Sequence record: SRR22947725_1700
Length of the DNA stretch: 38,054 bases
Direction: 5' to 3' (one strand)
The notes under the pieces are model-generated. The model had not been told where the DNA came from, searched no databases, and saw only the letters and a list, made by a program, of their open reading frames with translations. Of this stretch, positions 16,917 to 26,960 are shown in pieces. Position 1 is the stretch's first letter. Every line of letters starts with the position of its first letter. A program made the translations under genes and the position numbers.

Positions 16917-17636
16917 TCAATGTGTCGTCTCCTCAAGGATGCGCGTAATCGCTTGGGCTGCCTCTGCTGGATGAGGTGCTGCATAAATTGGACGCCCGAT
17001 GACCAGTCGACTGGCTCCAGCTGCGATCGCCTCCTTAGGGCCCAGAGTGCGCTTCTGATCTCCCATGGCATCCTTTTGAGCGCGAATACCCGGGGTCACC
17101 AAGTGAACGGAAGGAGGCAACAGGCTGCGAAGCCGCGTCAATTCCAATGGAGAACAAACGAGTCCACGTAATCCATGCGAGACGGCCATCTCAGCCAATG
17201 CAGCAACCTGATCTTCGACTCCATGCGGCACTCCGATCGCACTTAACTGGCTTTGATCCATGCTGGTTAGCACGGTCACCCCCAGGATAACGGGGGGGGC
17301 GATTCCAAGAGAAGAGGCTGTTTCCTGAGCAGATTGCTCGGCTGCTTTGATCATCTCGGGACCTCCAGCGCAATGAATGGTCATCCATTGGACATTCAGC
17401 CTGGTTGCGTTGGCAACAGCTTTGGCGACGGTGTTGGGAATATCATGGAATTTGAGATCCAGAAATATTTCCTTACCCAGTGCCTGGATCGTTTTGACTG
17501 TATTCGAGCCGCCGTTCGTGAATAATTCGAGGCCAATTTTAAAACCTCCCACATGAGGATAAATATCCTCTGCCAGCGCCATAGCCTTTTCGGGCGAGGG
17601 AACATCAAGAGCTGCAAGTATTGGATTCGACTCCAT
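16917..17636 (-). CDS. pyrF: Orotidine-5'-phosphate decarboxylase
   Basis: ILAALD, FKIG, FLDLKFHDIPNTV catalytic motif, VTVLTS, VTPGIR and VIGRPI. Confidence 0.97.
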   Translation of the reverse strand: MESNPILAALDVPSPEKAMALAEDIYPHVGGFKIGLELFTNGGSNTVKTIQALGKEIFLDLKFHDIPNTVAKAVANATRLNVQWMTIHCAGGPEMIKAAEQSAQETASSLGIAPPVILGVTVLTSMDQSQLSAIGVPHGVEDQVAALAEMAVSHGLRGLVCSPLELTRLRSLLPPSVHLVTPGIRAQKDAMGDQKRTLGPKEAIAAGASRLVIGRPIYAAPHPAEAAQAITRILEETTH

Positions 17637-17681
17637 AGGTATCTTGTTTGGAATATTTAAACTGACAAAACTGCAGCCCCG

Positions 17682-19913
17682 TTACAATCCCAGAGCACTC
17701 AGTTTGGACTCCATGGCTTCAGCCCATAGCTCGTATCCCTTTTCACTTAAATGCAGAGCATCTGGCATGACAGAAGCAGGCAGGTTTCCTTCCTCATCAA
17801 GGAAGATATTTCCCACATCCATATAGTGAACATGGTTTCCATCATCAAAGCGTCGAATAATCTGGTTGATTCCCTGGTTGGTGATTCGTCCTGCATCATG
17901 AGGAGTGCGTCCGCGAGGGAACACGCCCAGAAGCAAGACCTTCGTTTGAGGGGATTTCTCTTTCATGATCTCAAGAATGCGTTCTACACCAGCAGCCGTT
18001 TCAACTGGTGCCTGCATCTTGTGTCCGGTGTTGTTCGTGCCGACCATAAGTACCGCGACCTTTGGCTGGATGTTATTGAACTGCCCTTTGTTCAGTCGCC
18101 AGATGACATGTTCTGTTCGGTCACCACCGAAGCCCAGATTAACGGGTTTACGATCGGCGTAGTATTTGTTCCAGACAGATTTTCCATTGCCTTCCCATCC
18201 CTGAGTGATTGAATCACCAATAAAAGCCAGATCGATGTCACCTTTCTTCACAATGGCTTTCTTGGCCTGGTCTCGCTCCCTCCACCATGATTCATCTCCT
18301 CGGGTATTTGGTATGACCGCTGGGTTTACATCGTAAAAATGTCGAATGTCATTGTATCTGCGCTGGAGCCCTGCCAGCACATTTTTGTAGGCCGGATCCT
18401 TATGCAGGCTCTTCATTTCGCTCGGGTCCGTGACAAGGTCGTAAAGGTTCCACTCTCGATTGCGAGGGAAGTACATGAGCTTGTGTCGCTCGGTCCTCAC
18501 ACCGTCATGAATCGGAACTTCATGCACTGCTGCATTTTCATAGTAAGCATAATAAATGGCATCTCTCCAGTCGGGTGTCTTGTTACCTCCGTTTTCAAAC
18601 AGCGGTTTCAGACTTCGTCCCTGCATTTCTGTCGGTACATTGACTCCTGCTATATCGAGGAAGGTGGGCCCATAATCGATATTCTGAATCATGGCCTCAG
18701 ATCGTGTGCCTGGGTTTACTTTGCCTGGCCATCGCACCAGAAACGGCATTTTCAATGACTCTTCGAACATCCATCGTTTATCATACCAACCATGTTCTCC
18801 GAGGTAAAACCCTTGATCGGAGGAATAGATGACGAGGGTGTTCTCGGAAAGTCCATTCTGATCCAGATAATTCAAAATACGTCCCACGCTGTCATCGACG
18901 GCCTGAACAGATCCAAGGTAATCGTGCATGTATCGCTGGTATTTCCACTTTGTGATTTCCTTTTCTGACAATTTACCAGATTTCATTTTATGAATGAAAG
19001 ATTGGTTTTCCGGTTCGTAATAAGAATCCCAAACTGCCTTTTGCTCGGCATTCATGCGGCGGTATTCGCCATTGCCCAGGTTTTTAAAATGCTCGGTAAA
19101 TTGATTTTCACCATGAAATTTGGTGTCATGCCCCCAGTGGAAATGATCCTTCAAAGTCATTTCGTTTTCCTTGAGCAGCTTGGATCGACCTGAATAGTCA
19201 TCAAAGAGTGAGGCAGGCTCAGGAATCGTTCCCATTTTGTAACGCCCGAAATGCCGGGGGTGAGGGGACCAGTTACGATGAGGCGCTTTATGCTGACACA
19301 TAAGCATGAACGGTTCGCCACTCTCTTTTTGATCTTTCATCCAATCAAGTGCCAGATCAGTAATCAAGTCGGTGCAATACCCCTGATACCGTTTCCTCGA
19401 GCCATCCATTTGGATCAAATCCGGGTTGTAATAGCTTCCCTGCCCGGGAAGAATTTCCCAATAATTAAATCCTGTTGGATTGGTGCCCAGATGCCATTTA
19501 CCGATCATGGCCGTCTTGTAACCGGCGTTTTGCAGGATTTTTGGAAACGTTGTTTGATTGCCATCGAAGCGATCGCCGTTGCGCAGGAATCCATTTAAAT
19601 GACTATGTTTGCCCGTCAGGATACATGCACGCGAGGGACCGCAAATCGAATTAGCACAAAATGAGTTCACATAAAGTGCTCCTTCATGGGCTAAACGGTC
19701 GATATGCGGAGTCTGGTTGACTTTCGATCCGTAAGCGCCTACAGCCTGTACTGCATGATCATCGCTGAAAATAAAGACGATGTTCGGGCGCTTTGATTTG
19801 GCAGCCTGTGAAGAGTCTCCCTGGAGCATACCAATGACAAGCAGCACAGATAGACCACTCCATTGAAGAAAGATCATGAGCCGGCGCAATAAACAGCGAA
19901 AAGGGTTCTGCAT
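17682..19913 (-). CDS. Formylglycine-dependent sulfatase fused to a C-terminal SGNH/GDSL esterase (start uncertain: 19997, 19913 or 19877)
   Basis: Sulfatase motifs RPNIVFIFSDD, CGPSRACILTG, GKWHL and SSDQGFYLGEHG. C-terminal SGNH blocks FIGDSIT, GFGGD, GTNN and PDALHL. Confidence 0.92.
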   Translation of the reverse strand: MQNPFRCLLRRLMIFLQWSGLSVLLVIGMLQGDSSQAAKSKRPNIVFIFSDDHAVQAVGAYGSKVNQTPHIDRLAHEGALYVNSFCANSICGPSRACILTGKHSHLNGFLRNGDRFDGNQTTFPKILQNAGYKTAMIGKWHLGTNPTGFNYWEILPGQGSYYNPDLIQMDGSRKRYQGYCTDLITDLALDWMKDQKESGEPFMLMCQHKAPHRNWSPHPRHFGRYKMGTIPEPASLFDDYSGRSKLLKENEMTLKDHFHWGHDTKFHGENQFTEHFKNLGNGEYRRMNAEQKAVWDSYYEPENQSFIHKMKSGKLSEKEITKWKYQRYMHDYLGSVQAVDDSVGRILNYLDQNGLSENTLVIYSSDQGFYLGEHGWYDKRWMFEESLKMPFLVRWPGKVNPGTRSEAMIQNIDYGPTFLDIAGVNVPTEMQGRSLKPLFENGGNKTPDWRDAIYYAYYENAAVHEVPIHDGVRTERHKLMYFPRNREWNLYDLVTDPSEMKSLHKDPAYKNVLAGLQRRYNDIRHFYDVNPAVIPNTRGDESWWRERDQAKKAIVKKGDIDLAFIGDSITQGWEGNGKSVWNKYYADRKPVNLGFGGDRTEHVIWRLNKGQFNNIQPKVAVLMVGTNNTGHKMQAPVETAAGVERILEIMKEKSPQTKVLLLGVFPRGRTPHDAGRITNQGINQIIRRFDDGNHVHYMDVGNIFLDEEGNLPASVMPDALHLSEKGYELWAEAMESKLSALGL

Positions 19914-20011
19914 CCCCAAAGACTCTAAAAGACGAGCCCAGTAGTCAAGCCAGTCCTTTCTATTCAATCGATACTCGTTATTTAAAATTGTATCCACTAT
20001 AACCTCATTAC

Positions 20012-21859
20012 GTGAAAGGCATTCGAGCCATCATACATTCATTAGTCCATTCCTGGCATTTGTTCGTGCGCAGGCATTGGCAGGGCTTTCTCGGCTGGAG
20101 AGAGCGTTTTCGTTTTACGGAAGAGGCCTTGCATCTCCTGATTGCGGGCGGAATTGGGATTATTGGAGGCGTGGTGAATGTCGTCTTCGTGAAACTTATT
20201 GTCGGGTGTCAAGATCTTGTCTGGGCAAAGGGAAATTCTACTTCATTAACTCCATTTCAGGGAACGGAATGGGAGCGTCTATTGATTCCAGTGGCAGGGG
20301 GCTTGATCGCTGGTTTGTTATTGTATCTCGGACTTAAATGGTCTGCGAAAAAGGGGAGTAACAATTTACTTGAAGCGGTTTCGATGGGAGACGGTAAATT
20401 GCCTTTCAGAACCGCAGTTACTCAGGCTTTTTCTTCCATGGTAAGTATTGTTTCTGGAGCTACTATTGGTCGAGAGGGTTCCATTACGCAGTTTACGAGC
20501 ATGCTTGCTTCTAAATGGGGAGCGCTGGCGCGCTGGCACCCTTATCGCTTGCGGTTAATGGTTGCTTGTGGTGCGGCCTCTGGAATGGCTGCAGCTTACA
20601 ACGCACCGATCGCAGGGGCCGTATTTGCTGCGCACATTGTGCTCGGTAATTTCTCCATGCATTTGTTCGCGCCCTTGATTTTTTCCTCAGTGGTTTCTTC
20701 CATGGTCTCCAGAAGTTTTTTTGGAATGGCACCTCTTTACAGAACTTCCCTGGAAATGGACCTTACTTTGTTTCAATTACCCTGGTTTCTGGTGCTGGGA
20801 GTCTTGTGTGGATTAATGGGAGGTTTGTTTCTGAAATCAATGCTGTGGGTTCGGGGTGTCTTCCAAAGATTTTCAATCCCAATGCCTTTCAAACTGGCAC
20901 TCGGAGGTCTGGCAATCGGCGTGTTGGCCTTCCGTTTTCCGCAAGTACTTGGTAATGGTTATTCAGGCGTGAATCTTATCATGGCTAATCAATTGAATCT
21001 CGCAGCAGTGGTGGCCTTGTTTTTGTTGAGATGGTTGGCCACGATCCTTGCGGTTGGCTCCGGGGCCTTTGGGGGCGTGATGACCCCGGTTTTGTTTCTT
21101 GGAGCGGCTCTTGGGGGAGTGTTTGGTCTTTACGGCATGCAGGAACAGTGGCATCCCGACATACCGGTGGCTGTTTTTGCTTTGGTTGGTATGAGCAGCA
21201 TGCTGGCCGCGACCACTCACAGTCCGCTACTGGCGATGATCATGGTGTTTGAAATTTCGCTGAACTACAGTTTGATGCCTGCATTAATGATTTCCTCCGC
21301 GATTGCGACGCTTGTTGCGCGGCAAGTGCATCGGACCAATATCTACAGTGAAACCCTCTACGCCAAAGGACTGGATGCTTCCTGGGAATCGGACCGGTTC
21401 GGCGAGGCCTCGCGGCAACGCGTTGGAGACCTCATGCGACACCCGGTGCCACCCGTGCGAGACAACGATTTCTTTGCGGATATTGCAGATCGGTTCATTA
21501 CCAGCTCCTATCACTTCCTTCCTGTGGTGGATCAGCGCATGCGGTTGCTGGGCGTGGTTGCCCTCAGCGATCTCAAGGAGTATCTGCAGATGGGGGAACA
21601 ACTGAAAAGCGTCATTGCCATCGATATCATGCGCCCCGCTCCCAAATGCCTGACACCCGGCCAGCGATTGGACGAAGCCCTGTCGGTTTTGCTGGGAGCT
21701 GAAATGCGGAACGTCCCAGTGGTAAATAACGGCAAAGACAAAAAACTCATCGGTGCTGTGAATCGCTCTGAAGCACTCGGGCAACTCGCCGAAGCAATGT
21801 CTTCTCCCAGCCTGAAATCCGGCACAGGACGTAGCGAATTAAACAATCAAAAAGTATGA
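20012..21859 (+). CDS. ClcB-like CLC chloride channel protein with C-terminal CBS pair
   Basis: Many transmembrane segments, with IGREGS, ACGAASGMAAAYNAP and GGVMTP motifs. The tail is a CBS pair (VGDLM...LPVVD...DIM...VPVV). Confidence 0.92.
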   Translation: MKGIRAIIHSLVHSWHLFVRRHWQGFLGWRERFRFTEEALHLLIAGGIGIIGGVVNVVFVKLIVGCQDLVWAKGNSTSLTPFQGTEWERLLIPVAGGLIAGLLLYLGLKWSAKKGSNNLLEAVSMGDGKLPFRTAVTQAFSSMVSIVSGATIGREGSITQFTSMLASKWGALARWHPYRLRLMVACGAASGMAAAYNAPIAGAVFAAHIVLGNFSMHLFAPLIFSSVVSSMVSRSFFGMAPLYRTSLEMDLTLFQLPWFLVLGVLCGLMGGLFLKSMLWVRGVFQRFSIPMPFKLALGGLAIGVLAFRFPQVLGNGYSGVNLIMANQLNLAAVVALFLLRWLATILAVGSGAFGGVMTPVLFLGAALGGVFGLYGMQEQWHPDIPVAVFALVGMSSMLAATTHSPLLAMIMVFEISLNYSLMPALMISSAIATLVARQVHRTNIYSETLYAKGLDASWESDRFGEASRQRVGDLMRHPVPPVRDNDFFADIADRFITSSYHFLPVVDQRMRLLGVVALSDLKEYLQMGEQLKSVIAIDIMRPAPKCLTPGQRLDEALSVLLGAEMRNVPVVNNGKDKKLIGAVNRSEALGQLAEAMSSPSLKSGTGRSELNNQKV

Positions 21860-24800
21860 GACTCCTTTACAAACAAGTAAACCAATTCGGAAACGCACGT
21901 ATCATGGTCGTGATTGCTGTGGGAATGTTGTTTTCCTCGATGGACAAATTCAGCGCGGCGGAACCTGTTGCCAGCTCCGAGCAATTGCCGCGGATACAAG
22001 CAACCGAAGTGGCGGATGTCATGTCTGCTTTCGAAGTACGTGAAGGGTTTACGTTGGACCTGGTGGCAGCGGAACCTTTGGTGGTTGATCCGGTGGCCAT
22101 GGATTTTGATGCATGGGGAAGGGCTTTTGTCGTCGAAATGCGGGGATACTCGGAGAGACGCCCCGAAAGGCTCGGCCGGATCAAGATGCTTGAAGATATA
22201 GATAAAGACGGATCCTTCGATCAAAGTATTGTTTATGCGGATGACCTGCCTTGGCCGACGGCAGTCATGTGTTACGATGGGGGAATCTTTGTAGGAGCGA
22301 CACCAGATATTTTTTATTTCAAAGACACCGACGGTGATGGCTCAGCCGATATCCGGCAATTGGTATTTACCGGTTTTGCTTCTGCAAGTGCACCTTATCG
22401 AGTGGACCAGTTGAACATGCAAGCCATGTTAAATTCGTTTCATTGGGGGCCGGATAACCGGATCCACGGAGCCACAGGCCCTGTCGGAGGCAAAGTCTAT
22501 TCACCGCTTCGTCCGGATCAGGCCTCTTTGAATTTGCGTGGGAAAGATTTTTCGTTCGACCCAAAAACGCTGGAATTACGCGCCGAAAGTGGAGGAGCAC
22601 AAAATGGGATGTCTTTTGATAGCCACGGAAGGAAATTCGTCTGCAGTAACAGTGATCACCTGCAATACATTGTTTATGATGAGGCATTCGCCGGCCTGAA
22701 TCCATTCATCAAACAGCAACCGGCAAGGATCAGCATCGCGGAAGATGGACCCGCCGCTCCGGTTTTTAGGATCAGTCCGGATGAACCTTGGAGAATCGTG
22801 CGTACGAAATGGCGTGTAGCAGGTGCCGTGCGTGGGCCTGTTGAAGGAGGCGGTACTCCTTCTGGGTATTTTACGGGGGCAACGGGAGCGACTTTGTATA
22901 CAGGAGACGCCTGGTCAAGGGAGTATGCAGATCATGCCTTTATTGCTGATTGCGGCAGTAATCTGATTCACAGAAAAGGAATATATCCGAAAGGTCATGT
23001 CGCGACCGCGCGGCGTCCAGCAGAGGAATCGGGCATAGAATTTGTGCGCTCCTCTGATACCTGGTTTCGCCCTGTTCAATTTTCCAACGCTCCGGATGGT
23101 AATCTTTATGTAATGGATATGTACCGAGAAGTCATTGAGCATCCATGGTCGTTACCCGACGGAATAAAGCAATTTCTTGATCTCAATAGCGGCAACAATC
23201 GGGGACGCATTTATCGTATTCGAACAATTGAAGGTAAAGCCAAACAACGGAAATTGCCTGGTGAAGCAAAGGCCATGGAGCTGGTGCAAATGCTTGGTCA
23301 TTCCAATCATTGGCACCGTGAAACCGCAAGGCGCTTGCTTGTTCAACGAAATATGATCCACTTACAGGATGCCGTGAGAGCATTATTGAAGGAGTCGGTT
23401 GACGTTTCTGCTCAAGTGAACGCAGTGCAGGTACTCCATGGTTTCGGGAATTTGACAGCTGATGATGTGGAGACGGTTTTTCGAAGTAAATCCAGCGCGG
23501 TTCATCTGGCCTTATTAAAACTGTTGGGCAACAGGGACGAATTGAGTCCATTTGATGTACCGTTTGAAAAATATATCTCTAAACTTATTCTTAATAATCA
23601 AACTAGGTTTCAAGCCACTTTATTACTGTCCAAATTTCCGTTTCATTCATCCAGACAATCTGAGTTTCTTTGGCGCGCCATGTCCCTCGAAAAAGAAGAC
23701 AAATACTGGATGCAATTTGCAGTGCTGAACGCGATGAATTCTTGTCGCTCCGATTTTTTGAATCACATGATCGCCAAAGGGGAAATCGGAGGTAATTTGT
23801 TCCATGATACGGGCGGATTCTATCAATTTTTTGGGGCATCAAGTGATAAGAAGGAAATGGCGCAGATATTTCGATTCGTTTTCGAAGCTCCCATTTCAGT
23901 GGATACTCTGGATGCCTTATCCTCGTTGAGTCATGGTATGCGTCAGAATGGGAAAGGCTGGTCAACGGTTCTAACCGATACAGAGCTGGCTCATGCTCGA
24001 GAAAGGTATTTAGTCTGGATCCAGAGTCAGGCTCTGGACGACCTCTCATCAGCAGGGAAAATCATCGGACTCATGGGTGAGATGATGAATGAAGATCTCA
24101 AACAGAGTTGGAAGACCATGCTTTCTGAGTCCGAGTGGGCCATCTTGCATTCTGAACTGCTGGCTTCCCTTGCCAATGTCTTTTCATTGAGTGATCTTGA
24201 CTGGGTATGCGAACAGTGGTCCTCCTGGAGTCCATCAGTTCGGCAAGTTGCTCTTGCTTTGATGATGTCGCGTGATGAATTGTTGCTTGCATACTTGAAA
24301 TCAGCTCAGGAAAAACCGGAGCTTATAAAAGATCTGACATTCTCTCAGAGAAGGAATCTTCAACATCATCGTTCGGATAAGGTTCAACAGTCAGCATCTC
24401 GACTCTGGGATCCCTCTACAGAAAATGTAACGAAGAAGTCTGTGGAGGATTTTGGAGAAGCGCTGTTACTTGAGGCTGACATGGATAATGGCCAACGAAT
24501 CTTCAACGAACGGTGTGCTTCCTGTCATCGTGGTAATGGAGAAGGGTTTGCTCTGGGCCCTGATCTTATTTCCATTAAAACATCCGGGAAGAACCGTATT
24601 CTGGACAGTATTCTATACCCAAACAGAGAAGTGCAACCGCAGTATATCTCATATGAGATAGAGACAACTGAAGGGGAAAGTGTCGTAGGCTTGATCGCTC
24701 AGGAATCTCGTTCGCTCATGGTCGTCAAACAGGCAGGTGGGATAACTCAAACGATACAACGGCAAAAAATTGCTTCTATCGATGGAACAGGAAATTCCAT

Positions 24801-24882
24801 CATGCCCTCAGGGCTATTGGAGGGAATGACAACTCAGGACGTAGGTGATTTGCTGGAGTACATCGTTCAACTGAAACGTTGA
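21856..24882 (+). CDS. PVC-type heme-binding protein (putative membrane-bound dehydrogenase propeller + helical repeats + C-terminal cytochrome c)
   Basis: LVAAEPLVVDPVAMDFD, DTDGDG, WFRPV..APDG.LY..DMYR, CASCH, GPDL and SIMPSGL. Confidence 0.9.
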   Translation: MRLLYKQVNQFGNARIMVVIAVGMLFSSMDKFSAAEPVASSEQLPRIQATEVADVMSAFEVREGFTLDLVAAEPLVVDPVAMDFDAWGRAFVVEMRGYSERRPERLGRIKMLEDIDKDGSFDQSIVYADDLPWPTAVMCYDGGIFVGATPDIFYFKDTDGDGSADIRQLVFTGFASASAPYRVDQLNMQAMLNSFHWGPDNRIHGATGPVGGKVYSPLRPDQASLNLRGKDFSFDPKTLELRAESGGAQNGMSFDSHGRKFVCSNSDHLQYIVYDEAFAGLNPFIKQQPARISIAEDGPAAPVFRISPDEPWRIVRTKWRVAGAVRGPVEGGGTPSGYFTGATGATLYTGDAWSREYADHAFIADCGSNLIHRKGIYPKGHVATARRPAEESGIEFVRSSDTWFRPVQFSNAPDGNLYVMDMYREVIEHPWSLPDGIKQFLDLNSGNNRGRIYRIRTIEGKAKQRKLPGEAKAMELVQMLGHSNHWHRETARRLLVQRNMIHLQDAVRALLKESVDVSAQVNAVQVLHGFGNLTADDVETVFRSKSSAVHLALLKLLGNRDELSPFDVPFEKYISKLILNNQTRFQATLLLSKFPFHSSRQSEFLWRAMSLEKEDKYWMQFAVLNAMNSCRSDFLNHMIAKGEIGGNLFHDTGGFYQFFGASSDKKEMAQIFRFVFEAPISVDTLDALSSLSHGMRQNGKGWSTVLTDTELAHARERYLVWIQSQALDDLSSAGKIIGLMGEMMNEDLKQSWKTMLSESEWAILHSELLASLANVFSLSDLDWVCEQWSSWSPSVRQVALALMMSRDELLLAYLKSAQEKPELIKDLTFSQRRNLQHHRSDKVQQSASRLWDPSTENVTKKSVEDFGEALLLEADMDNGQRIFNERCASCHRGNGEGFALGPDLISIKTSGKNRILDSILYPNREVQPQYISYEIETTEGESVVGLIAQESRSLMVVKQAGGITQTIQRQKIASIDGTGNSIMPSGLLEGMTTQDVGDLLEYIVQLKR

Positions 24883-24909
24883 AATCAACTTCGAACAGGC
24901 GAGTTTCTT

Positions 24910-25884
24910 GTGACACGCATCCTGATCATTACAGATGTTCACTACGCGAGTGAGGCGGAGAGAACAAGGGGAGACTATGAATCCCGAACGGTTTCCAATC
25001 CATGGCTACGGTTTCTTTTGAAACAATACCAGAATTTCTTGTGGCGTAGAGACTCCTTTGGGTGGAATCATTATTGTGATCGTTTTATTTCAAGAGCAGG
25101 GGACCCAGACTGGGTGATTGGAAATGGAGATTACTGCTGTGATTCAGGATTTATTGGAGTGGCTGATGATCCTTCCATGTCCAGTGCTCAGGCTTGTTTA
25201 GGAAAGTTGCAGCATGCTTTTGGGGATAAGTTTATCGGGATGATAGGGGATCATGATCTGGGTAAGAAAAGTATGTTCGGTGGATTTGGGGGAATGCGGC
25301 TGAAGAGTTGGGAGCGCTGCACGGGGAGCCTTGGACTAAAGGCGTTTTTTCGATTGGACATTGAACAGCACGTTTTGGTTGGAATGAATTCCACCCTCAT
25401 TGGGTTGCCTGAATTCGTCCCTGACTGTCCTACAGAAGAATATGAAACATGGAATGCGTTACGTGAAAAGCATCTCGATACACTAAGAGATGCTTTTGAG
25501 TCCATAGGAGGAAAACAAAGGATCATTCTTTTCCTGCATGATCCCACCGCAATTCCTTATCTCGCAAACATTCCTTGGGTTCGGTCAAAATTATGTCAGA
25601 TTGATGCTACAATCATTGGTCATTTACATTCTCCATTGATCATGCAAATGAGTCGATTACTTGCAGGGATGCCAAAGATACAAGGCATGGGGCATACCGC
25701 ACTTAAAATGTCCACGGCTTTGCAAAAAGCAAGAGAGTGGAACCCGTTTAATGTGAAATTAGTACCCGCACCCGGTGGGATTGAAATCTGGAAAAAGGGA
25801 GGTTTCGGGGAGTTGACCTTGAACTCATCAGACACTTCGTCGGGTTTACATTTCCAAATAAAATCTCTGGTGAGTGAGCGATGA
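24910..25884 (+). CDS. Calcineurin-like metallophosphoesterase
   Basis: TDVH, GNGD, GDHD, LHDP and GHLH metal-binding blocks in the expected order. Confidence 0.8.
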   Translation: MTRILIITDVHYASEAERTRGDYESRTVSNPWLRFLLKQYQNFLWRRDSFGWNHYCDRFISRAGDPDWVIGNGDYCCDSGFIGVADDPSMSSAQACLGKLQHAFGDKFIGMIGDHDLGKKSMFGGFGGMRLKSWERCTGSLGLKAFFRLDIEQHVLVGMNSTLIGLPEFVPDCPTEEYETWNALREKHLDTLRDAFESIGGKQRIILFLHDPTAIPYLANIPWVRSKLCQIDATIIGHLHSPLIMQMSRLLAGMPKIQGMGHTALKMSTALQKAREWNPFNVKLVPAPGGIEIWKKGGFGELTLNSSDTSSGLHFQIKSLVSER

Positions 25885-25978
25885 TTGTGATGAGTTTTTT
25901 CGTGCGGAAATTGACAAGCGACTCGAAAAATCGTTTTTACGTCTCATGTGCAGGTAGTTTACAGTATTAATGGCATTC

Positions 25979-26869
25979 TCAAATGCAGACGCTCAGTGCA
26001 TGTGGCAAAACGGTGACCTTGGCTCTTTTCCCTGAATAAATTTCTCCATCCAGATTCCACAGCGTGGTTTTTAGCGCATCAATCTCGAACTCCTTGCATT
26101 GAATGCAAGAAATACCAGGCTCATGTATGTGGTTTCCTTTGGGTAGTTTCTGAAACAAGCGCATCAATGCCCACCGTCCTGATTGCTTGAGGAAAGTCAA
26201 ATCCATCTTTCCATCGTCAAATTTTGCCGAGGGGGAAATCATCATACTTTTTCCTACGTTGCGTGTATTGCTGGCGACAATTAAAGAAAAAATACCTTCC
26301 ATGGTTTGGCTGTCAAAAGTAAGTTTTGCCTGCTGACTTCGATTTCGAATTATTTCCCATAACCCGGCTATATGATATCTGGTTTTTTTGATGCAACGGA
26401 GCGATTCGGCTACCGCGTTGGCTGACGCGAACATTCCCCATCCGCAAACATTGAAAGCAAAATGGCATGAGTTATCAAGGTGGATCTTGAATAGGTCGAT
26501 GTTGGTGTGATCCGCTCGAATAATCATTCTCAAAGCGTCATTGAAGTTGAATACTCCCACATCCTCTAGAAATGAGTTGCCTGTTCCTCCGGGGAGAAGG
26601 CCGACAGGCATCATCTCCTCTGGTGGTCGACGCATGATGCCATTGATAATTTCATGCATCGTCCCATCACCTCCCAATCCGCAAATGGTCTTTTCTGGAG
26701 CATAGGAAAGAGAGCGGGCAACCTTCATCGCATGACCTTTGCGTTGAGAAAAATCGACGTTTACCTTGATTCCATGATCATTCAAGGTGGAAAGAGCCTT
26801 GTGAGCCAGCGCACGATTGTCCTGAGTTCCTCCAAAGGGGTTGACGATCAGGTGAACAGTTCGATTCAT
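25979..26869 (-). CDS. Diacylglycerol/sphingosine kinase family lipid kinase (YegS/DgkB-like)
   Basis: IVNP, GGDGT.HE..NG, LPGGTGN, DDGKMD and NLDGE. Confidence 0.92.
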   Translation of the reverse strand: MNRTVHLIVNPFGGTQDNRALAHKALSTLNDHGIKVNVDFSQRKGHAMKVARSLSYAPEKTICGLGGDGTMHEIINGIMRRPPEEMMPVGLLPGGTGNSFLEDVGVFNFNDALRMIIRADHTNIDLFKIHLDNSCHFAFNVCGWGMFASANAVAESLRCIKKTRYHIAGLWEIIRNRSQQAKLTFDSQTMEGIFSLIVASNTRNVGKSMMISPSAKFDDGKMDLTFLKQSGRWALMRLFQKLPKGNHIHEPGISCIQCKEFEIDALKTTLWNLDGEIYSGKRAKVTVLPHALSVCI

Positions 26870-26960
26870 TCTTGGTATCTTGGTTCATCCTCAGATCATG
26901 GATCAAGGGAGATTTTGTATTCAATATTGACTTGTAAAAGTTCTTATTCACCATGCACGC

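Noticed and set aside
17292-17299. G8 tract in pyrF as a phase-variation site
   Set aside because: It encodes Ala-Pro-Pro in an intact housekeeping enzyme and the frame is unbroken.
25911-25945. TTGACA between convergent genes as an antisense promoter
   Set aside because: There is no credible -10 hexamer at 16-18 bp spacing.
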